Shown here piece by piece: positions 1 through 11,300 of a stretch of 64,000 nt of DNA (position 1 is its first letter; every line of letters starts with the position of its first letter). Position numbers and translations under genes: made by a program. Source of the DNA: Hydrolagus colliei (Eukaryota); assembly GCA_035084275.1 (NCBI GenBank), contig CM068742.1, positions 123,070,001 through 123,134,000 of the forward strand, read 5' to 3'. Below the pieces are notes generated by a model, which was not told where the DNA came from, ran no database searches, and worked only from the letters and a program-made list of their open reading frames with translations.

Positions 1-87
1 AAAAGAAACAGACACACACACAGACCCACACAGACAGACAGACCTTGCTGGAGTTACTCGTGGTTGTTATCTGGCTGTGTCACCGTG
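1..87 (+). other. NFIB: Probable 5' UTR portion of exon 1 with CA/CAGA-rich repeats
   Basis: Directly upstream of the start codon, with no ATG in 1-87. The transcription start is probably upstream of the window. Confidence 0.6.
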
Positions 88-117
88 ATGATGTACTCTC
101 CCATTTGTCTCACTCAG
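88..117 (+). CDS. NFIB: NFIB coding exon 1 (MMYSPICLTQ), phase-0 donor
   Basis: ATGATGTACTCTCCCATTTGTCTCACTCAG|GTAGTT. The peptide is the recognised NFIB N-terminus and joins in frame to DEFHPF of exon 2. Confidence 0.96.
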
Positions 118-158
118 GTAGTTGTATTTTTTTTAAAATACACTTTTAATCCTTTTCT

Positions 159-240
159 TTTCTCGCCCCTCTCTCTCTCCCTCTCTCTCTCTCTCTGTCT
201 GTGTCTCTGTTTTCCCTCTCCTCCCCCTGTCCTTCTCTCG
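159..240. repeat. (CT)n / pyrimidine microsatellite
   Basis: ctctctctctccctctctctctctctctgtctgtgtctct... Confidence 0.9.
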
Positions 241-286
241 CAGTTACTTTTATTTTCTGGTGGGCTCTCTCGTGTTGTGATATTAA

Positions 287-331
287 GGGGTGGGGGTGGT
301 GCAGGGAGGGAGGGAGGGAATGGGGGGGGGG
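287..331 (+). other. G-run cluster (potential G-quadruplex) near the intron 1 donor
   Basis: GGGGtGGGGGtggtgcaGGGaGGGaGGGaGGGaatGGGGGGGGGG. Confidence 0.6.
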
Positions 332-686
332 AGAGTTCGCTGGCTTCACGGGGCTGTTAAACCCGATTGCAAAGCAAAGCTCTTGGCGTCTGTCACCTCA
401 GGTTGCGATCTGGTCGTTCTGTCATTTCCAAGTTTAAAGCTGAATAAGAGAAGTCGGGGCTGACTTCCCACCGCGGGTCACTGTGTAGGTTCCCAGGGTC
501 CAGATCGCCTTGCTCCCCCCTCACTCTCTCTGATTTTCGCCTCTTGTGCGCTGTGTTACTGTAGTCCTGACTGACACCGAGGACTACAGTGCTAGAGTGA
601 CTGTGGGTGTGTGTGTGAGTGTTGCGTGATAACTGCCCACAGCAGCCAGCGATATGTATTTTAGAGCTTTTATGATTTTATGCCCA

Positions 687-716
687 CCCCCCCCCCCCCT
701 CCACACACACACACAC
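687..716. repeat. poly-C plus (CA)n microsatellite
   Basis: Seen directly in the sequence. Confidence 0.85.
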
Positions 717-3700
717 CTCAAACTTTGAGACCCATGTTGTGGCTATTTGATAGCTTCCCCCAAAAGTTTTTTTTTTAATAATCACAATTAAGGTAAGGGC
801 TGGATACAATTTTGGAATGGTTAGGGCGAACATTGCTGTTTATGTTGACATTATTTGGACTAAATGTATAAATTGACTTCAGCCTAACCAGTAAATAGCA
901 AAGCTGGCTCTATGTTTTGTTTTAAAAAAAAGCACACACACAATTCAATGCATTTTTGTAAGTTTCTTAAATTTGCTTTGGGACTTGGTGCTGGGGATTT
1001 ATACAGTGAGGAACCTTGCAAGATTAGTTGAACACGGTTATTAATGGAAAAGACCTGAAAAACTTATTTATGTATAACAATTTCAGGTGACATCACATTT
1101 ATTAACCATTAACCAATGCAGAACACAAGTTCACAATTTTAGAAAATATTTTCTTTCACAGTCACTTTTTTCTTAACATGTTTGTCCATTCATTCCTTTT
1201 TAATTGATTTAACTTAACTTGATTTGAACATTGCAATAGAGTTTTCCACTTTAGGTGAAAGATTATGATTTATATTTCTGCGTAAGATAATTGAGGCTGG
1301 TTTCTGCTAATGTTTAGATTGAACATTGAAATAAATACTGGACTGTACAGTCATCCCTTTGACAGGTCAAATATTTGTTTTTCTCTTTACATTTGTTTCT
1401 GTCAGAAAAAAAATTGTCGCTGACGGAAAAAAAATCACATTTGATTGTAGGTGAGGAAGACTGTTGCAGTAATTTAAAGGAATCAGAATTTGGAAAAAGC
1501 AATGTACTTTTACTTTTAAAAATTCTCACCGACCTGCTGTGAATGGATCGGATAAATCTTTGAATTGTTTTTGTCGTTACTTAAAGTAAACTTCTCTGAT
1601 TTGAGTTTTTATCCCTTGCGGAATTTTAAAAATTGCATTAAAAGTTGAGAAACGAGAGAGGAAACATTTCGCAGCATCGGCATCTTTTAAGCGTGACATT
1701 CATATTACAGTTGCGATTTAAAAAAAGTTACTGTAACTAAACATATCTTTAAAATCCTGTTTAGACAGGTAAACATGAAAGCTTCTTTCTGGAGGGAAAA
1801 AAGAATAAAACTTTGGCTTTCAAACTGTATTATCTTGGATTATACCAGAAATGAAAATGCGCATTAAACTAAAATGTAAACAATGAACTAAATTCTATAT
1901 TTATAGGACCGCTATTAATTTACTTTACTTTGTTATATTTTGTCCTTTATATTTTCCAGTTGTTTGATGTTTAATGGCGCAAAATAAATTGCATAAATGA
2001 GGCAAAGCCATTTGGCAAAATTCTCCTGCAAATTCATGTATCGAATTCTGGTTTCCATCCTACGTCTATCAATTAAAATGACCGCAATAGGAGTTTTCAG
2101 CGTTCAAAGAATTCCTCATTACTAAAACTAACAGCTGGAGAATGTCCAGGAAAGGTAGCTTTTTATTAATTACAGTTGTATGCCCTTGCTGAAATGCATA
2201 CCTTTTGGTTTACAAATAGTCGATTGGGAAACTGAACACAAAGTGCTGACCACGTTTTTAGCTGAAAACAAATTGAAGGGAAGGCGTGTTAACTGTATGA
2301 ATTGAGCATGAAGATGAAAAAATGATGTGGTTTTGATAATTGAGAACAGCCATACACTTGTTTTTCTAACGCTTTTGTATTTCCTTCTTTCTGTTTTGTT
2401 TGGCCTCATGAAAAGATTAAAGGAAGATAGTTTTTTTTTCTGCAAAAAATGCAGCAATATAAAATTGAAATATTTTAGGGGGAAAAGCTGCCAGATAACA
2501 ATTGACAGAACAGGTCGTTGAGATAAATAGCGAAATACAGTTGAAGAATTTATGTACTTTGGATCGCTGATTTTTGAAACAATTTGGGACAATAAAAGTT
2601 TTGTAGGTATTTTATTTGTTGAGACTCACAAATGTTTCCTGTTTAAAAACAAAGTCAGACAGAATTTTGGGAGCAAGCATACGATGACCTTGCAGGTGAT
2701 ATTCGCTATTATTGCTGCTTTTCATATTTATTCAGTAATCGAGAAAGGCTTAAGCGTTTTCCTATATTTCAGGGCTCCGCATGTGACAATCAACACAACT
2801 ACAATTTACGACTTAAAATTAATATTCGTTTATTGTATACTTATTTTTCCTGCAAATTATTTTAAAAAATCATTTGATGTTATTTCAATTCTAATGATAT
2901 TTAATAGCAAACATGAAAATTATTATTTTCGACAATGCAATAATTCACTATAATTTAAGTGTTAGGTGTTTTATTTAGATTGTAGAATTTTCAAAGTTTT
3001 TAACCGATAGCCGTAAATACAACTGGAGTTTGCGTTTACCTAGTTGCAAATGATGATATCAAAGCCAAAGTTTGGTTTTAGTAGAACAAAGACCTTAGAA
3101 TATTGTGTTCATAACGGCATGGCGTGCTTTAAACTTTAAAAATTATAATTGAATTAGGTCTGTTGAAACTTTATTTTAAATTAAAAAAATTGATGTATTG
3201 TAATAACAAAATGGCCTTATTTTCTTTTTAAAAAACACGTAAATCGTTTTGCATACAATGATCAGTGCTTCACTGCAGGTTGTTCTACCAAATATCTGTA
3301 CACCTTAAAATAAAAATAAATTTCTGAGAAATGCCCAATTTGCTCTACGAAGAAACCTGTGAAAATCAAAGGAATCTACCAAGGACTTAAAAAGATCTCC
3401 AAACTGTTTACATTATATTTTTGGAGCATTTCGAAGTAGCGGGTTATATTTGCTGCAATTCTCAATGAACATCTTTTTGAAAGTTGCAGTCTGTGGGTTT
3501 AATTTAAAATGGTCAGATTATAGTTTAAATGTATTTCCGAACAGCTCCGCAAATGGCTGGCAATGGCATACCACCAATTAAAATAACTGAGTGCAGCTAC
3601 ATTGACTTTACTCTGGCAATCTAAAGGCAGATGGCGAACTGGCAGGAACAAAACTGTAAGATTGGTTTGGAAAAGAAAAGTTGCACGGACTCTCAGCACA

Positions 3701-5367
3701 ATACTAAGTGTGCTGCCCGCAATCAGTGAAACAGAAAAGACATTTGTGCACTTTTATTTTGGGGCTTGTATTTTCATCTGAACGGGTTTGCCCATTGCTT
3801 CAAATAGCTTTGAATTGTATTTGAGGCAATTTTGTACGATGGAATTTGGATTTTTCACAGAGAAGTGCAGAGATTGCTGTTCTATAATTCTGGATTTATT
3901 TTCTTGTCTTGGAGTTAGGAAAATCTAACTTAATTTAATGCCCTTAATGTTTTTAATCATTTTGGGGTTTGGTTTTCACTCCGTGGCATCCACAAGGAGA
4001 AATATCCCAACATCTCCTACCCGTATGATTATTATTGCAGAATCTTTAAATGTACAATAAAATCAGCTGTAATGCACATATTAATAATGACTTCAAAGAG
4101 AGGGTAAAAGTCAATTACAACTTTTCATTTGGGACAAAATTCTTATAGGAAATTGCTTTCATTTCAGAAAAAAATTGTTTGAACGGAAATTCCTCACCAT
4201 TTTCTCTTCACTTTTGGAATTGGTTTTCATGAGCTGGTTTGCTTGGCTTTAGAACAATTTGGTGTGCAAGTGGTTTCTCAAGTACTGTACATGAAGAGAG
4301 TGTGCAAAGGTTAAGTGAAGTGGTTCCAATTTATTGCTGCAAGTGCTAAACCAACACGCTTAGTTGTATCTAAAATTACTAAAGAAAAAAAAGGTATTCG
4401 TTTTTTTGGGGTGTGGTGGAATCAGAAGTGTGATTTCTCCTTACAATGGAAAAGATTTTAGAAACCTTGCTTTTGTTTTTTTTAATTCACAAAGACCTGC
4501 ATCGGGTGATCCCGCCACGCTCTCATTATGGTTGCTAAGCTTTCTGCACAGAAAGATTCCAAGGCTCCTCGAATTTTTTTTTCTGATATCGGAAATGCAT
4601 TAAATTATGAGAAAAAGCAACTTTTTTTTGCATTTTATATTTTGCTGCACCTGGTTTCAAACCTAAGTTTCCTGTAAATGGATAGTTTGAAAAGCAAACA
4701 ATGGCAGTAAGGGCGAGGAGCTGGAGCGTTTTATCCTGGGCTGCGGTTACCCAGAACAGAGCTGCTATTCATGCAAAAAGAAGTTTGTGGCTTAACTCTT
4801 TCAGTGGCTTATTGTGTTGATTTTGGCAAATTCATATATCCAGTTCCTCCATGACTGTTACATTTCATTTGGAGTTTGCCTCACTGTTTCATCCCCCTCC
4901 CACCAAAAAAAATCAATATTAACATTCATTTTGCACATCCATAGTTCTCGCTTCACGGTCTACTTTAGGAGCTTGCCTTCGACAGATTAAAATCGAAGCA
5001 CGGTACAAAACATTTTTTGCAATATAACCACTGTATTTTTTTTGTGTTAAATTTAGTTTTTTGCTTGAGCCACTGAAGTGTTCTAAACTTCGGTTTTATA
5101 CAAATGAACATCTTTGGCCCGGAAAATTAATACATGTTCACATAAAGGTTCACATTTTTTATTTTTAGGTTGGGGGGTGGGGGTGCGAGGGGGGGGCGTG
5201 TTGGGGAATCCTGAATCGATAAGCAAATATTGCAATTCTTTGAAGAGGTTCTTGTCGACTTCAAATTTTAAAATCAACAATTAATTAATTAATCCAGAAG
5301 GCTATTTAAAATAAAGAAGCCAGACAGTGAATAAAATACCATTTTAAATCAGCGCTTTACAAACCTC

Positions 5368-5686
5368 CTGGCGAACTTGGGAGTGACATCCCTGCCAGAG
5401 TGAGCAGAGCACAAAGAATGCCAAGTCTGTGCCAAGTTGGCATTTCTCATTGTCCATCATCAGTGATGCTTTAAAGGGGTTTTAGAATAATTACTGAATG
5501 CAATTGGTCTGATAAATGAACTGGCTTTACAGGGCCTCCTACTCTGTCCTGAAACTGCACTTCCCATGAGCAGTCTTTTTAATTGTAAAGTGTGAGGTGT
5601 TAAACTGAATGCAGAAAGAAGTCTGAAACATTGGCACAGCTGGCAGAGACTTTCAGTTCTTTTCTTTTTCTCTCCCTGTCTGGCGC
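5368..5686. promoter_or_regulatory. Cluster of NFI half-sites (TGGCA/TGCCAA)
   Basis: TGCCA 5393, TGCCAA 5419 and 5430, TTGGCA 5437 and 5631, CTGGCA 5640, plus CTGGC variants. Confidence 0.5.
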
Positions 5687-5819
5687 TTCAAAGAACAGTA
5701 ACCTCCTCCCCCACGGCTCCCCTCCCCCTGCTTGCCCATGCAAAGGTTTCTGTAGTTACTGACAATGGAATGGGGCTGCTACAGTACAGGAATGTAGGAA
5801 GATTTGAGGAGAAATAGGA

Positions 5820-6047
5820 TCGGATCCAATGGCGCATGCGCTAGCGATTTCAGTGTCATCTTGCTGAGAACAGCCTCAACAAGCGGGGTCTGCAGGTGCC
5901 CGCTGGAGGTTCTGTGTAGTCCTGTGTTTAGCTTCGTTTGTCCACTGTGAGAGGAGGAAAACAACACATTGTGACGGCCGTTGCTACTTTCGCCCCAGTC
6001 CGACTGGCTGACACGACTGACTTTCACCGAGTGTTCATTTTGAAATG
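5820..6047 (+). promoter_or_regulatory. Candidate internal promoter and alternative first exon
   Basis: CCAAT 5826-5830 next to the NRF1 palindrome GCGCATGCGC 5832-5841. CpG-rich. The first downstream ATG (6045-6047) is followed directly by GT. Confidence 0.5.
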
Positions 6048-6312
6048 GTATCTAAGCTTTGATCAAACATCAAAATAAGATGCTCCCATTTTTTTAGCGA
6101 GAGAAATATCCCTGTTCAGTTTTCTCTTCAATACAGAAGATGCTTTGCGTGCTCCAATTAAATCGCATGGAGCGAAGTGAAATTTAGATTGTACTTCTTT
6201 ACTCATTTACATTATTGATGCCCTAATTTTGAGGAGAATAAAATTGTTCTTATTGCTAACTTTGTTTCTCGTTTGTTTTTCTCTCCTTTCCATTGTTTCT
6301 TCTTCACTAAAG

Positions 6313-6844
6313 GATGAATTCCATCCGTTTATTGAGGCACTTCTCCCGCATGTCCGCGCCATCGCATACACGTGGTTCAACCTGCAAGCCCGAAAACGCA
6401 AATACTTCAAGAAGCACGAGAAGCGAATGTCCAAGGACGAGGAGAGAGCAGTCAAGGACGAGCTGTTGAGCGAGAAACCTGAGATCAAGCAGAAGTGGGC
6501 ATCCAGGTTGCTTGCCAAGCTCCGCAAGGACATCCGCCAGGAGTACCGGGAAGATTTTGTGCTCACCGTCACAGGGAAGAAGCACCCTTGCTGTGTCCTG
6601 TCCAACCCTGATCAGAAAGGCAAGATGCGAAGAATCGATTGCTTGAGACAAGCTGATAAAGTCTGGCGGCTGGATCTAGTGATGGTGATCCTGTTTAAAG
6701 GGATCCCATTGGAAAGTACTGATGGCGAGCGGCTTGTCAAATCCTCACAGTGCTCTAACCCATTGCTCTGCGTGCAGCCACACCACATAACCGTATCAGT
6801 CAAGGAGCTGGATCTGTTCTTGGCTTACTACGCACAGGAGCAAG
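6313..6844 (+). CDS. NFIB: NFIB exon 2: CTF/NFI DNA-binding and dimerisation (MH1-like) domain
   Basis: Acceptor ...actaaAG|GATGAATTC, donor CAAG|GTAAGG, 532 nt. Translation [45 protein letters not shown]...[42 protein letters not shown] and LFLAYY favour NFIB over NFIA/C/X (from recall of the paralogues). Confidence 0.97.
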
Positions 6845-9800
6845 GTAAGGGGGGGACATTTACATGGTGGGATGTGGGGCAGGGGTCACATCGAGATCTG
6901 CACCAAATTAAAGTACACTTTTGCTAGGTTCATTTAAAACAAAAAACTTTAAAAAATATATGTATCTGGGACTCCTGATTGTACTTATAGATGTGAAGTC
7001 ATTTTTGTGCTTATTTTGTTTGATTATTTTGAAGCATTACAAGTATAATTTTCCCATCTCGCAGCCAATTTGATGTGATGTTTTACTTTATTCCTTCCTC
7101 CCCCATCCCCCTTCCCCACCCAATTTAACTATGCTTACATAATTTTTCTTCTGCAAAGGCAGGCTTCCCCCTTGGCCTTGGTAAACGCCACCCTTTTCTT
7201 GGCCACGAGAAGTACATCAGTGACTAGCATTGATTAATATAGCTTCATCTTCACTTCTTCCTTGTGATTCCACTTGACTTCCTCATCTTCCTTGTGTTAG
7301 GTGATGAGAGGACTATGCCTTTACAGAAATAGAATTAGGTCTGTCCACCTCATGGTGTATGTTTGCCTATTTTACTTGGTGGGAGGGGAACATTTGGAAG
7401 AGACAGAACCCTGGAATTCCACTTTGTCTCAGTCTACATGGCTATTTTTCCTTGAAATCTGAGAATGCACAGACCTGTGAAAAATTCTTAAAGTCCCTCG
7501 TTATTTAGAAGCTGGTATATATATTAATGCAGAACTCTGGCTTCCAAATTGAGCCGAAAAATGCTAATTTTGCACCATTCTGTGCATTCTTAAATGCTGG
7601 AGTAAATTGTCTTACAGGTGAAAACTAGATGAAATTTCAGGCTCAGAGTCCTGTTTACTGCTGTGACTAAACGGACAAACAATGTTTTCATGTCACACTT
7701 AGACAAATATTGTGTCATCATGTCACAGTGTTTGGGAAACACAGAAAAAAAAAGGTCAAGTGAAACAGCAAACTCTTCAACAATGACAACAGTAACAATC
7801 GCTAACGTTGGGATGAAAACTGATTTTCATAACAGAAATTTGATGTGACAATATTAAATCTATTGTGAAAAATTGTTTTTCCCTCATGGTTGTGCCATTT
7901 CACATGTATTTTGTGATTGAGAATGGGTGACTCGCTCAAATTTACGGTGAAGATTGGACATTTGGGGCCGTTCCTCCAAATTTGAGATGAGCCCTTTTAT
8001 GTGTTTTTGCACATAATTTAACCCAAACAAATTTTGGATTGAGTGAACATTGAACATGTGCACAACCACAGAGCCTTGGTGTCTAAGCATTCCACATTTT
8101 TCTCTGTCCCTGGTTTGGCAAAAGAGAAAATTAGGAATTGTTAAGGTCCCTAAGGTGAGCAGTGTCCAGCTTTTGTGAAGTCTGAGCAGGTAGTTAAGGA
8201 ACATACAATACAAGGAAGATGCCCAATCGGTAAATAATAACCCAATGAGAAATAAATAAATGAATTGTTCTCTCTTTCCTCATCTCAGCATTCCCCCCGA
8301 CCCTCCATAAATGCTCAGTTATGTCTCGGGTAGGAATGAAACAAAGATATACACCATGACATTTTAGTTGAACTAAACTGCAGTATTTCATTTTTAATAA
8401 CAAAATGTTTTTTTTTACATAAATACATGCACAAGGATATTCTCTCCATGTTCTAGGTTACCCTTGAGCAGATGTGCTGCTGTCTTCTATAATGCATTAT
8501 CTCGAAGCGCTTTGTTTTGGAAATCCCATTGTGTAATAGCTGTTGGGCTGTTTTCTGAATGGTGGTTGTACACATACTTTTCTTGTTCATTTCTTTCCCC
8601 AATGTATTCCTCAAATCCTCCATACTGCTTTATAAAGGTGTGTCAGCTTGGTGCCAGTGTTTTTAGGTAATAGTAAATATTAAATTAATACACATTAGCA
8701 AGTTCCGAATTCTCACAAACCAATATTGTTGTTTGTAACTTTTAGCAATGCAATTGCTTTTAGGAAGGATAGTTGCTTGTGTGAGCAAAAAGCACTGTCA
8801 TCTCGTAATTCTTCAATGCTTTAACGAATCGATTAAATGAGAGTTTCTCCAGTATTCTGCAGGTCTTCGTATTAAAAACTTAATTTTTTTTTAAAAAGCC
8901 AACTTTTTGCACAACATTTTTCCACAATGTTAAAGTTTACAGTGAAGGATTAAGATCATGAGGAATTTCAGGCCTCAGATCATCAGAATTTTTTTCACGT
9001 GATTTTGTATACAAAATTCAAGGACCAAATTTTTTAGGGCATTGAGGTGGTTGACATGAGAATATGGTTGAATAATATACAGTAACTGGTTAATCCTAAC
9101 GCAGGAAATAACAGGCACAGACACAAGTATGCCTGATTAGAATTATTGTACCCTGCATGAGCTTGCAAATATCTCTTTCTCTTACTACCACAAGCAGCTG
9201 TTGAAATTGGGCTCAAACCCCATGTGAAGTTTTTCTCAAGCCATGGATTAAAACCTGCCTGGATCTGACCGCTGTGCTGAGAAGAGGCAATGCAAAATGT
9301 GATTTTCTCTCAAATGCCAATTTCTACAGCAGTGGTGGAAAGAAATTGGTGACTTTGAGAACAAGGAAGGGCTGTGGGTCTGTTGCAATTAATTATACTC
9401 TTGCATTTCCTTCAACACAGTGCGCTAACGCATGGCACAACGTTCCAAAAATAGAGTCCAAGGGAATAATTGCAGCAAAAAACGTTTGTGCCAGCACAGC
9501 AGTTTTGAAAGTCTAACTTACAATATTTCGGGATAAGAAATATTTAATTATTGAGCTTCTAATGCATCAAATTTGTAATTGTCACATTTATAAATATCAA
9601 AGATTTCTTTGGCAAATTAGATATTCACTTTAGAAATCTGATGATTCACCCATTTCTTTTTAAGAAAAATGATAAGAAAACTGCATGTAAGATCGCTTCG
9701 GTTCCTACACTTTGGTGATTGCATTTTCATTACAGCTTCATGCGCTACGTGTAGCTTCGCTTTGTGCTGAGGTCTTTTGAACAACCTGGGAGTATGGAAA

Positions 9801-10571
9801 AGCGAGTGTATCTATTTCTTTACATAGAGATGTTTCTCCTGGCCCATTCCCAGCGTAGCTCTAACATTGTAATGAAAATTTCCATAGAATAGAATTATCC
9901 CTTGCACTCCTATTCTAATGTTGCATATAAAAACACATTCTCAAACCATAGTGTAACACTTGGGTCAATAATATGATGCTACAGATTTTCTTTGCAGTTA
10001 ATATTTCTATATTAATGGATTCAAAAAAGTTATTTCACTTTTTAAAAATAATTAAGAATCAATTTTTTGAAAATGGCCCGATAGCATTTATTTTAACAAA
10101 CTGAATGTGAAGTCAATATTTTTCTCTTTGTGTTTGGCATTTTCTCATTATACATTTGCTGACAGCAGTGATGGCTTGGCAAGACTTAATATTCTTGCCC
10201 ATTGTAAACCCCCGCAAGAAAGACAGGGAAGGTCTCTCACAGAGTCTATTAACTCTACTAAAGGTACAGAGCAAAACAATCCTGCACTTGAAACTTGCTC
10301 CACATGCAATGGCATGACTTTGTTCTTTTCAAACTTCATCCCTTTCCTCTCTTGCTCTCTTTATTTTTCTCACTCAATCACTCACATGCGCACAAACACA
10401 CATACATCTATACGCTGCAGGATGATATTTGTGATGTTCAGTGTTTTTCAAGGCTCTGAATTAATCTGTATTTACGGGTAAAGTCTCTTTCTGGCGAATC
10501 TTTTAACACATATGCAAAAACACATATATACATACACACACATATACAGTACATGAACATATATTATAAAT

Positions 10572-10598
10572 ACACACGCGCACACACACACACACACA
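10572..10598. repeat. (CA)n microsatellite
   Basis: acacacgcgcacacacacacacacaca. Confidence 0.9.
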
Positions 10599-10919
10599 GA
10601 AAGGGTTTGCACATTTCCCATTATTAGACTTTCCAATCAAAATCTCTCGATGTACAAGTTCATTAAGTTGGCAAAATGTACATTTCATGTACAATCTGCT
10701 GTGTGGGCCCTTCCTTTCTCTTATTAAAAAGAAATCCTGAATTTGGTGTTTTGTTTCATAGGGGGGCATGACTGGCATAACAAGAGTGCGAGGGTTTTGC
10801 AAAAGTCTTCTTGTGTAAGTGGCACAGGCTGAGTACTGGAGTGGAAGACAATGTGTCAGGGAAGTTAGCCGACTGATGGCATGACAACCTAAATCAAACA
10901 AACTAAAAGGAAATGCTGC

Positions 10920-11300
10920 AAAGCCCCGAGTCAGGAGATTGGTGTGTGAGGGATGCTTCAGATCCTTTATTCGCAATGAGTTGAGCGTCAGCGCAGCAGA
11001 AACGTATCAATGTATATATATTTTAAATCGTTACAATCTGCCGAGCACGGAATCCTTGTTTTTGTGCCTCTGTGTTTGTGCCATTGATTTGCGAACCACC
11101 ATTTTGCTCTTCTCATGCCAAGTGAGATTAAGGCACGAGCGCGGAGCCAGTAATGGTTGCCAGTTCAACTGGGCTTGGCATCGAAAGCTGATTGTCTCCG
11201 TGCACGATGCCTGTGATTCGTTGGCTGGCATCTGCAATGCAGTGAAGAATACTGAAAAGTTTTTTTGACCGCTGCTGTTCCTAAGCTGCTGCGTTTTTTT
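10920..11300. promoter_or_regulatory. Candidate intronic enhancer / conserved non-coding element
   Basis: Local CpG enrichment, several NFI half-sites (TGCCAA, TGCCAG, TTGGCA, TTGGCTGGCA), SOX-like CATTGAT/ATTGT motifs, no repeat hallmarks. Confidence 0.4.

Larger units (their letters stand above)
118..6312 (+). other. NFIB: NFIB intron 1 (6,195 nt, GT-AG)
   Basis: GT at 118, branch-like TGCTAAC at 6254-6260, long AG-free pyrimidine tract, AG at 6311-6312. Confidence 0.93.

Noticed and set aside
64-360. 98-aa ORF
   Set aside because: Exon 1 read through into the CT and G repeats. Only 88-117 is credible coding sequence.
6229-6312. Signal-peptide-like hydrophobic N-terminal extension of the 232-aa ORF
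   Set aside because: It starts at TTG and is only the translated polypyrimidine tract of intron 1.
6207-6803. Antisense ORFs over exon 2
   Set aside because: Shadow frames of the real coding exon.
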